From: Octopus vulgaris
Lineage: Eukaryota
Direction: 5' to 3'
Length of the DNA stretch: 64,000 nucleotides
Assembly (NCBI GenBank): GCA_951406725.2
Contig: OX597814.1
Coordinates: 216,008,001 to 216,072,000 of the forward strand
Both the position numbers and the translations under genes were made by a program. Under the pieces are notes generated by a model, which was not told the origin of the DNA, made no database searches, and saw only the letters and a program-made list of their open reading frames with translations. Shown piece by piece: positions 38,813-50,800 of this stretch. Position 1 is the stretch's first letter, and every line of letters starts with the position of its first letter.

Positions 38813-41800
38813 ATCCCTTTCAGGAGCGAATGGGTTATTTCCCTTGGATGTTTAAAAATAATATATTAGTTACATGTAGTACTTATAAGAATCCATTCCA
38901 AGGGCCCTATTATAGATTTTTTCAACAATCTAAGTATGTCACTAGTTTTCTAGACATAAATTCTACTCACGTGTCAAGTTTCATCAAAATCGATAAAACG
39001 ATGTAGGAGGAGTTAGATAACAACTCCACAAACAAACACACCCACAGATTTCCACATATGTAGTAGATTTTTTTCTTAATAAATTTGCTGGCTATTAATT
39101 ATCTTTATTAAGCCTTCTTGTTATTAAATATTTTTAATAAACCTTCTGGCTATTAATTATTTTTAATAAACCTTGCGGCTGTTAACTATTTTTAATAAAC
39201 CTGCTGGTTAGTAATTATTTTTAATAGGCCTGGCTATTATTTTTAATAAACTTGCTGACTATTAATTATTTTTAATAAATTTGCTGGGTATTAATTATTT
39301 TAAACACACCTTCTGGCCATTAGTTACCTTTAATAAGCCTTGTGGTTATTAATTATTTTTGATAAACTTTCTGGCTATTAATTACCTTTAATAAGCTTGT
39401 GGTTATTAATTATTTTTAATAAACCTTCTGGCTGTTAATTACCCTTAATAAGCCTTGTGGTTGGGCCTGGTGCAGCCTCCTGGCTTCCCAGACCTCGATC
39501 GAACCGTCCAACCCATGCTAGCATGGAAAGTGGACGTTAAACGATGATGATGATGATGATAATGATAATGATAAAATCTTCTGGCTATTAATTATCTTTG
39601 TGACTACTGAGGACATGCACAAGCTTGCAAAGAATGAAGCTGGTATGATCCACTGGATGTGTAATGTCAGTGTGCATACTCGACAGAGTGTTACTGCCTT
39701 GAGAGAAAAGTTGGATTTAAGAAGCATCAGATGTGGTGTGCAAGAGAGACGACTGTGCTGGTATGGTCATATGTTGCGTTTGGATGTGGACAGCTATGTG
39801 AAAAAGAGTCACACCCTATCAAGAGAGGGAACCTGTGAAAGAAGTAGACCCAGGAAGACCTGGGATGAAGTGGTGAAGCACGACTTTCAAATGTGACCGA
39901 GACATTTGGAGATATGCTGTGCTTGAGAAGACCCGGCAATGCAAGTGAGACCATAAACATGATCTATGCCAGTGCAGTATTACCAGCCCATTTAAGAGTA
40001 ACTTTCAATCATTGGGCAATAAACTGCACTTACGAAGACCTGTTGAGGCAAGTGAAATCCTGCTCATGGCTGATAACAGGACCACCTGATTGGCACCTGT
40101 GCCAGTGGTGTATAAAAGGCACCATTTGAGCGTGATCATTGCCACTGCCGCCTGACTGGCACTCGTGCTGGTAGCATGTAAAAGAGCACCATTCAAGCAT
40201 GGTTGATGCCAGTACCACCTGACTGGCTCATGTGCTGGTGGCATGTAAAAAGTACCCACTACACTCTCAGAGTGGTTGGCATTAGGAAGGGCATCCAGCT
40301 GTAGAAATTTTGCAAATTAGATTGGAGCCTGGTGCAGCCTTCTGGCTTCCCAAACCTCAGTCAAACTGTCCAACCCATGACAGCGTGGAAACCGGATGTT
40401 AAACGACGATGATGATGATGAAACCTTCTGTTTATTAATTACCTTTAATAAACCTTCTGACAATTAATTATCTTTAATACGCCTTATGGCTATTAATTAT
40501 TTTTAACTAGGAAACGCACCCATCCTTTGGACAGTTTAAGTTGCTTTGGTGTTATTTTTTCCCCAGTTACTTGAACTACCGAGAAGGTTTATGAGTAGCA
40601 CAGCAATCTATGTTTCTGATTAATCTAGGAACAGAAAATCAAATTGAAGGCTGGTTATTGTGGAGGTCGTTGCACTTTAATGATCATAGAACATATGAGT
40701 TTGCAAGTGATGCAAAATAGAGCTACTGAAGTGTTTTGGGAGTAGATTACGGATAATGACTACAAAATATAGTTGTTTTTTAAGTATATTTTGTTCACTC
40801 TTATTTTCATGTATATCATATAAACATCTACATCTTTTGGAACATTGTCATTTTATAAGACTTTACTGGCAAATTTTTAAGTCAACATTTATTTATATGA
40901 AAGAAAACTATTGGTAACATAACACGAATTGGGCAGAGTTAAAGAATACACACACCATCCGTCTTCCATGTAATCCTAACCCTAAACCCTAACCCTAGCC
41001 CTAACCCTAGCCCTAAACACTGGGTGTGCATATTATTTACCTTCACCCACATGTTGTTCTAAAAATAACAGTTAAATAAGATTTTTTTGATAAATCTTTT
41101 AAACTAACATAAACTTTTATTTATATAAAAACTAACATTTCATTTTCTGAGCCGAGAATCGAAACTGAATCTAAGGATTCTCGCTGACCTGATCCACCAC
41201 TGGCCGAACAGGTGTGACAGAAATTTCTTTATCCTGTCAAAATGTGATGGATGGATTTCTAACCTGAGCTGTGTCACTGAAGGTTCAACTGGACAGCAGG
41301 TGACCTAGATAAGTAGTAAGGACTCCAATGGTATGTCTGTTCTTCTTGCTAGGATGACCATTATAAATAGTTACCTTAGATACAGGACAGATAAGCAGGC
41401 AGCTTGCAACAGGTAAGCAACCAACAGAGAGCCACATAGTCAGCATGAGTGAATTATGATAGCCAATGACACAGCACAGTAACAGGACACAAAAAGATAG
41501 GACAGAAAAACAACACAACTCAACCAAATGTTCAATGCACACACAGACACAAAATATGCCATGCAGTCTCTCATCAAATCAACATTCTACTTCTCCTGTT
41601 GTTATTTTTACTTTGCCACCTCAAAGCTGTTGGTAACTTCATGTAGCAGCCTTCATTGATATTGTAAATTAAACTTTGAGTATCCAACACGTAGATGCAA
41701 GTGTGGATCAAATAAATTATTTAAACTACATTCCTCATTGTTTTACTTTGATGTCGTCCTATCTCCATCGGCGACACCCGACAACATACATTGAACCATC

Positions 41801-44800
41801 AACATCACATTTCGCTGCCCATACTGCTACAATTTACATGAAAGAAAATTGCCATAAGAGGTAAGATGGAGAGAAGCTTCAGCTAGTGTCCTCACAGGCA
41901 AGGCACATAGGTATAAAAATCTTCTGGGAAGGTAACATCGATGGAGTAGGGGTATGTGATAGAGTGCTTAAGCTCAGGCTAGTCTTGCAGAATAGTATAG
42001 CTACAATTATCTCTGCCTATGCCCCCGCAAGTGGCCCTATCAAATCCTCCGAAGGACCATTTTTATGATACTCTCCTACAGGCTACCTCAAGGACGAGTG
42101 GCAATGACCTCATCTTTGCAGCTGGAGATTTTAATAGGTATGTTGGGTGGGAATCCGGTATCTTCACTGGTGTACAGGGGGGGGGCATGCTATTGGTTCC
42201 TGAAAAGAAGATGGAACCAGGCTACTGGAGTTTTGTGATGCATTTAACCTTTTAATCTGCAACACTAACTTCAGGAAACCAGATAGCCACCTGATAACCT
42301 ATCAATCAGGTGACTCTGCTAGCCAGATTGATTTCATCCTCACCAGACAGCGGGACGCAGGGTTGCTCTTAAATACAAAGACCCTCTCAGGTATGGAATG
42401 TACCCCCAGCATAGACTAGTCATTAGGGACTTTAGACTCGAGGCCAGAAGGATGCCAAGAAGCAGACCAATCCAGAAAAGAAGGATTTGGAAGCTAAAGA
42501 ACCCTTCACATGGTCTGAGATTTAGGGATATCCTCATCAAGAAATTTGATGAGAGCGAGGAGGAGCTACAGTCTTCGGACATAGAAGGTAGCTGGAAATT
42601 CCTACGAGACAGCTTACTGAGTGCCACAGACCAAGTCCATGGATGGAGCAAAGTCCCTTCCAGACCTAGAGTTATGTGGTGGTGGAATTATACAGTAGAC
42701 AGAGCCATCAGGACAAAGAAACAGGCCTGGAAGGGTTGGGGTAGCAGGGAACAGTACCAGATAGCCAGAAAGGAGGCTAGGAGACAGGCATACATAGCCA
42801 AGGGCGAAGCAGAAAAGAAGTTTGCCAATGTCCAGCAACATAAAGACCAAAGAAATGAAGTATTTCGGATTGCAGTGTGTGAGAGAAAATTGTGATGTCA
42901 CAGGAGAGAAATGTGTCCGCATGGATGATGGTGCACTTGCTTTTAATGATTCCGAAATGAAAGAGGTTTGGAGAAGCCATTATGAAAGACTGCTGAACGT
43001 GGAAAATGAGTTGGAGGAGGAGAGCCAGCCAAATGTTGCCACAGTAGAGGGACCAGCTATCCGAATAAACAGCACCATTGTAGATAAAGCAATTAAGGTT
43101 ATGAAGCCAGGAAAAGCCCCTGGCCATCAGGAATCACTGCTTAGATGCTTAAAACATCTGGTGGTGTGGGCTATGGCCTAGTCACCTGCATTGTGAACCA
43201 GGTAGTTCATGATGGAGTCATACTGCTAGTTTTATTATATTCTTCACCAATTTCATGAACTAAAGTCCCTCTTTAAAGACATCACAAGATGGCAATGTCC
43301 TTCTGTGAAAGACGCTGTTCAAAAATACTAATATGCATTTTCATGTCTCAGATGTTTCTTTTATTTCAATGTTGGTTTACATTATTTTACTCAATTCTTC
43401 TTCCTTGAATATACACCAATTATGTCAATGCTGCAGCAGCAGCAAGTGAAGGCGCAATGGCCCAGTGGTTAGGGTAGTGGACTCGCGCGGTTTTGATTCC
43501 CAGGCCGTGCGTTGTGTGTGTTTATTGAGCGAAAACACCTAAAGTTCCACGAGGCTCCGGCAGGGGGTGGTGGCGACCCCTGTTGTACTCTTTCACCCCC
43601 AACTTTCTCTCATTCTTTCTTCCTGTTTCTTGTCCCCGACTTGCTACGCAACCACTGAGCCTGGATGCGCATTCATCCATCCGTCGAAGCTCTCAGTATT
43701 GGGGGTTGACCTGCTTTCTCTTCTGCGGGTCTTACGAATAGCAAAGGACCACGTTTCCGACTTCTCCTACTATAGAGGCGCGATCTTGCGAGCTCTGGGA
43801 CGAAGACTGCTTCACTCAACAAACAAACAAACAAAAGCAGCAGCAGCAGACCACCACCACCACCGCCACCACCAACCTTATATGGAACAGCATGAAATGT
43901 TGGAGAATGCAGTTGACAGCTGGTGCATCAAGTATTAGGAGAGGTGAAAATCAAGAGAGGAATCTTCCAGGGGGGACAGCGTGTTCCCACTGATATTCAT
44001 GCTGGGAATGATCCCCTTGAGAGAAATACTACAGGAAACAAAGTTCTGGTATTACAGTTTTATATTTAAGAGATGAGGAATTAAGTACATTATTTACATT
44101 ATTTATATTTGATGGATTTTTGTCCTCATCTTGTTTGTTGTTAAAACAACGTTTCGACTGATATACCCTCCAGCTTTTCATCAGGCGTTTTGAGGAAATT
44201 TTGAACCTGGGTTCTCATACCTAAGGATGTTGTTGTTGTTGTTCAGGTCACTGCTTGGAATCAAACTCGGAATCTTGGGGTTAGTAACCTAAAGCTATTC
44301 ACTAAGACTGAGAAAGAAATTGAGAGCTTGATGGCAACTGTGCAGATGATTAGCAAAGATATTGGCATGGAAGTTGAGATCAAGAAATGTGGTGTAATGA
44401 TTCTCAAAAGGGGGAGAAATCAGTAAAAGCCATGGGATCAAGCTGGAAAGTGATGAAACTATAAGGGAATTCAGAGAGGAAGAATATAGGTACCTGGGTA
44501 TCATTGAAAGAGATAAGATGAATAAACACGAGATCAAAGAAAAGTTAAGGAAGGAGTATTTGAAGGAAATTTGGCTTGTGCTCCAATTGAAGCTAAATGG
44601 CTGCAATAAGATTAGAACAATTAACACATGGGCTGTTGCTTTGATGAGATATGGGGCAGGAATAGTATCTTGATAGAAGCATGAATTACAAGAGATAGAC
44701 CAGAGAACATGTAAATTAATGACAATGAACAAGAAATTAGAACCCCAAGAGTGATGTGTCAAGGTTGTATGTAAAGGAGGAGGGAAGGACGACAGGGATT

Positions 44801-47800
44801 GGTATGTTGTGAATGGTGTGTCAAGGAAAAGGAGAATAGCCTGGCTTGGTATGTCAAGGGGAATAAAGAAGAAAGGATTGAAGCAGTGAAAATGCAGGGA
44901 ACCTTAAAAGTGAACGCAGCCGTAGATCCAACACGATTTAAGGAAGGCTAGAGAAATCAGATGAAGGAAATTTATTAGGACAAGAACATGCACAGTCAGT
45001 TCTTGAAGAATAAAGATGAGATTAATTGGAATAGAACCTGGCAATGGCTGCAGAAAGGAGACTTAAAAGGGCCTATTGGAGGCATTAGTGTGCAACGCTC
45101 AAGAACAAGCTCTCAGAACAAACTCCTCTAAATATCACATTGATAAAAGCACTGACTTGCCACAGTGTAGGATGTGCTCTGAGAAGAGAGAAAGTATAAG
45201 AGAAAGCTGGTGCCACGTAAAAAGCACCCAGTACACTCTGTAAATTGGTTGATGTTAGGAAGGGTATCTCAACTGCAGAATCCATACCAAAACAAAGAAT
45301 GGAACCAGGTTTGGCTCTTTGCCTAGCCAGTTCCTGTCAAACTGTCCAACCCATGCCAGCATGGAAAACAGGTGATAAATAACGAGCATGATTCTAAGTT
45401 TTATTTTCATTTCGATTTCCTTTGTTTATTGCAGAATATTTTCTTTGTTTTGGTGAATTCCAAGAATATCAACATAAAACAACAAACAACAAATACATCA
45501 ACCAACCTTTACTATTTCTGTGTCTTGAGGATAAACCACAAAGTTTACAACTTTGATCTGGCTTGAATTTTGGTTTGAGTAGTTTTTCACTGCTTCATAC
45601 ATAGTTCTGGGTAGGTTTTCAATGGGGTACTTCAATGTTCCAGCTCCTAATATAGGAAATGCAAGGCTTTTTGCTCCTCTTCTCTCAGCTTTTCCCAGAC
45701 AAATGGTTATTATTTGAGTCAAGTTTGCCAGAGTCTAAAAAAAATAATTGTTTAGTAATTGATAATGAACATTTTATTAAATTATTTTCTTATTACAGGA
45801 AGAAACCATTAAGTTGTAATAAATATATCCTCCTCTCACAACTCCTCTCACTCCTGCCACTGCTAAACACAACTGTCATTCCTATCACTCTTTAGTCCTG
45901 CAAGGGACAAGGCAACCTCACTCATGCTGCTGCTACAATAAAACAGACCCAATCCACCGTGTAAAATGGTTGGTGAATGAAGAGAGGGAATGCAGACCCA
46001 AGAGGAGTCTTTGGTGTTGTTGAGGACATGACAACCTCTCTAGTGCTCGTGCCATGACAGAGAAATACATACCAATACAGACAGTAAAACAGAGAAATAT
46101 GTTTTAATATAGTCTTATTTATCAGTCACATAACTGTTGTTAGGCCATGAGGCTTTTTTCCCTTCTATTTATATATAAAAGTGTCCTGTTCATCGATATC
46201 TTCTGCTTCCTTCCAATGATAACTTGGAAGAACAAATATTAAACAGGATGCTGACATTTGCTTTATGATTCTCACACAACATGCATAAGGTTCTCTTCAA
46301 ACATTAACTGTTTCAATAAATCAAATACATATGAATAATACTTACTAAATGTGAGGAGTTTACACCCCAGGGAGGTAATGCCAGATGAAATACATTCTTA
46401 CAGTTGAGGTTATATCCTTTAGTGATGGCTACTTCAGAAGTAGAAATACCTTGAGGATATTTCTGGCTACATTCAGCTTGTATCTGTGGACCAGCAGCAT
46501 TGAGAATAAATTTGGAGATAGAACCATCATTAAGCTGGAGGTGTTTATTGGTGCTGTTAACGATGACATCAACCTACAATAGTAATTAATGGTAAACAGC
46601 TAAGGAACATTCCGTGGAGAGAAGAGAGATAAATTGTTGCAGTTGATATTGTTGTTAAGTAAGGTTCTACAGAATGGCTGTAGCAAGTTTGAGGTTGTTA
46701 AAGTTAGCAAAAGATATACTCAAGATATCAGATGTGAAGGAAATGAAATGTTTGAGTTAGATTGAGAAAATGTTTTAATTAACTGTAATGATTCCTTATT
46801 TGGAAATGAAATAACAATTAAATATAAATATGTTACGTGAATCTATTTACTCACAGATACATTAGAAATTGAACCAATCATTAAGTTTATTTTAATGCCA
46901 GCATTTTCTCCGGATGTCATATAAGGTCTGGGTATGATAGAGACTGTTTTCTGTTGTGGACCAGGAAAGGATGGGCTTGATAATTTAGTTTCTGGAAATA
47001 AACAAATATCAGTGTGTCATCATCATGACCATCGTCATCGTTCAACATCTACCTTCCATGCTGGCATGGGTTGGATCATTTGACAGGAACTTGCCAGGTA
47101 GAAGATGGCACCAGACCTCTATGTCTGTTTTGGCATGTACAGAAGTCTGGTGCAGTTTTCCACCTGGCCACACACCTACTGATGCAAGTTGAGCAAAATG
47201 ACATATAAAGACACATCCATCATAGCAAAAGTGAGGTCCTAAATGCATTATGCTTATTCCTGTCCATGTTGGGCCCTACACCGACATTTGCCCATGTCAA
47301 CCATACCCTTCACCACATCTCATTTTCCTAACACCCATCCCTCCATTACTCTTCTAACTATGGCCCTACTTTGTTGCTGTAAGCATTTGAGAGCAGAATC
47401 TGCACAACACTTCTCACCCCTTTTCATTAATACTAGTTGCCTCTCTTTCATCATCATCATCATCTCCGTTCGTACAACCTTCCATCGATCATCCCTTTTT
47501 GCCCCTTCCCTAATCTTTCCCTTCCCACTCTTAGCTACATCTTAGTTTGCCATTCTTGATGTTTAACACTTCTCCTATATGCATTTATTCTCAACGCCCT
47601 CTCACATCCATTATCAATACTCCCTCCAATTTTGTCTCCCCACTCACTATAGCCATCCTCATGTATCTCTAACTCCCATCTCTGTCCCAGTTGATCATCA
47701 TCATCAACCCATCCCTTCCACTGTCACATCCTGTGCATCATCTCTGTACTTCCTTGTCTATGAATTTATGATTCTGCTGCTCTCCTCTGCTACTCCTATG

Positions 47801-50800
47801 TTGCTACTTGTCACCCCCTCCTACCCAAACCTCATCTAACTCTCACTTGCCCCACTCCATACAGATATTTGCCATCAACTCCACCCCAAACCATTGTTCC
47901 TCACTCACTACATCCACCTCTAGCCCTATCACTAACCATCTGCCACTCCTCTCATCCCATATTCTTATGAAATTACCCTCTCTTTCTTACCTTCCTCATC
48001 CACATTCTATATTCTCTCCCCATACACACATCCTTGCAAACTGAGTGTATGCACTTGCACCCTATGACCACCATCTTTCTCCCTTCCAGCTACTTTCATT
48101 CACTTTTGTAAAAAATATAAGCAAGTCGTGAATTTCCCCCATATCAAGACACCCCTACTTGACCCTCTATCAAACCTCTCCTACCCCGGATATAAAGCCA
48201 CCTACCCGTCTCCCAAATTCTCCCTATCACTCTCTACTTGATGTTATAATCCATGGCATTTTTCTTCAATAACCATATGTGTCTAGCCAGGGTTGTGGCA
48301 TTATGTCTCTCCTGGACATTAATGGAAATTTTTAGGATTGTTAAATATGGTTCTGAAAGGACCTTTTGTCATACCCACATATTTCCACATATTCTTCTGC
48401 TTGCTAAAGTAATAGTCAAGTGATACTGAATGGAAATAAGTACAAGTTTTCACTGTATAATATGCTGAATAGTAATACAAAGACAGTTCATAATTACTGA
48501 GAAAAAAATTAATAGAAACAATGAAAATGTCTTCTCACAAAACTGACTGACACAGCTTTGAGAAGCACCGTAGGTTGTTCTAAGCAGAAAAAGAAAAGTG
48601 AGAACATCTGTGAAGTATCAGGCTCATTCTGTCTAGAAATGCAAAATAAGAATTTTTATAATGCCCAGCAGGGTTTTCCAAAAAACGTTTGACCAGACTA
48701 TTTGGTGGGAAAATTCCATTGCCCTTGGTTGTACATCAGCTGATCTGATTGGCCAAGCCATGTTCACAGAGGTGTTAGCGCCTTTCATAGTGGCATGATT
48801 TATTTTCCATAACTGGTTTTCCTTTGCTGACAATATGGTTCCATGCTGAAGAACCTGAGTGTGATGGTTCAAAACTCAGTAGGAGCCTAGCTATAAACTT
48901 TCAATTAATGAGGTAATGAATCAGCTCATTAAGTATGATAATAACTATTAATTAATTTAATATTTACAATCAGATTACATTTATGGTTCTTTTTCCTAAA
49001 GTAATAATTGGATGTAACTTATGTTGTATCATCACACATGAGATGGTCATGGAAGACTACATTGATGAGTTAACTCCCCTCTCATAAGACATTGAAGAGT
49101 TAACTCCCCTCTCAAAAGACGTTATTTTGGTTTATTGCAAGATGGTATTTTAGAATAATTTCTTCATCACAAAGTCCAAAGCTCTTCTCTTCAATTAGAA
49201 ATTATAATGTTCAAGATAGTCTTTTAATAAGAATTACAACCAATTAGAATCAATATCAAGTTTATATTTTTTGGTTAGATTTTATGAGGCTTGGTTCAAT
49301 TCTAAATCTAATATTTTTATTCAGTTTACATACTTTAACCCTCTTAAAGTCTTGTATTATAGATATCTGAACCTATTAGCAAATCCTAATCCAAATGGTA
49401 CTGTAGTTCCCAGAATGCTGTTGCTTGGGAGTGCAAAACTGGAAGCAAGCAATCTTCTGTGCAAGAAACAAAGTTTAGTCTTATTTCTGAAAGAACTTTC
49501 TGTGAAATGAATAAAAAAAAAGAGGATCAAGCATGTAATAGGAGAGAAGGACAAGGATGAAATGCAAAGATATCATGTCAGACAGATTGAAGAGGAACGT
49601 CTGCATGGCCAATTCTGGAGAGTCACTAAAGACATATTGTGGAACAAAATCCTGGGCTTGGTTAAAAAGGGGCCAATTAAAAAAAGAAACAGAGAGCCTA
49701 ATTGTAACAGTCCAAGATCAAGCGATAAAAACAAACAACTTGAGTAAAAATATATATGGAGAGAATGTGTCAGAAAAATGTAGAGCCTGTGGAACTTGGA
49801 ATGAGTCAGTGGCACACATCGTGGAAGAATGCCCCAAGTTGGCACAGGAAGAATATAAGAAACGGAGGCACGACCAGGTTGTAAAAGTTTTACACTGGAA
49901 ACTGTGCCAGAAATGGGGATTTGAAGCTGGAAACACAAAGCACAATCATTGAGTCAAAAGAGAATTGGAGTTGGAGAAATGTAAGATTTTATGGGACTTT
50001 CCTATTCAAATGGAGAAAAAGTTAGAAAACAATAGACTAGATATTACAGTCATAGATAAGGAAAAGAGAAGCTGCTTACTTATCGACCCATCATGTCTGT
50101 TTGATTCCAGGATCGTAAAGAGGAAGAAAAAGAAAGTAAATACAATCCCTTAAAATTTGAAATAGGAAGAATTTGGAGCATGCAAACAGTAAAGGTGGTG
50201 CCTATAATAATTGGTGTGTTGGGAACAGGAGGCCAAAATATAGACAAATGGCTGAAGGATATTGAAATAGAATACCCGGTAGAGCTTCTACAGAAAGTTT
50301 GTCTTTTAGGTACAGCAAGGATTATCAGGAGGGTTGTAAGCACTTGAAAGACTGCTAAAAACTTGTGGCTACCTGAGGCTGCAGGTAGTAACTTGCTATC
50401 AACATAATTCCTTGCAGAAATAAAACCAAAATAGTAATTATCAGTAATGTTTAACATAGAATGACATGACAAGACACCGTAATATTCAATATTAACAAAC
50501 AAGTTTTTTACCTCTGTTTCGGAGATATTCATCAAATTCCTGTAAAAACAAAAAAGAATCAATTTATATTTTTATTTTCCCATTTTTGCAAAGAGAAGAG
50601 ATTTAATTTAACAAAAACAAAATATTAGAAATATTTAATGATTTATTTCTACTCTGTAATAAGGAAATGAGGAAAATTACTTTGTCACTCAGATCAAAGA
50701 TATTCTATCCATGGCCTTCCTGCCTTTTGGGAGACATGAGACCTGTGTCAATATGGTAATACAGTGAATAGAGCAGAAAAACCTCCCATGCTTTACATGG

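Larger units (their letters stand above)
33351..46716. repeat. Segmental tandem duplication, unit 1 (about 13.4 kb)
   Basis: Collinear and nearly identical to 46717-60600, including the same TE fragments and duplicated ORFs (e.g. 34210/47579, 41676/55573, 44295/58182). Confidence 0.95.

Noticed and set aside
40974-41017. Telomere-like CCCTAA repeats (also about 54884-54915)
   Set aside because: Only a few degenerate units inside a dispersed-repeat-like segment; no evidence of a telomere or fusion site
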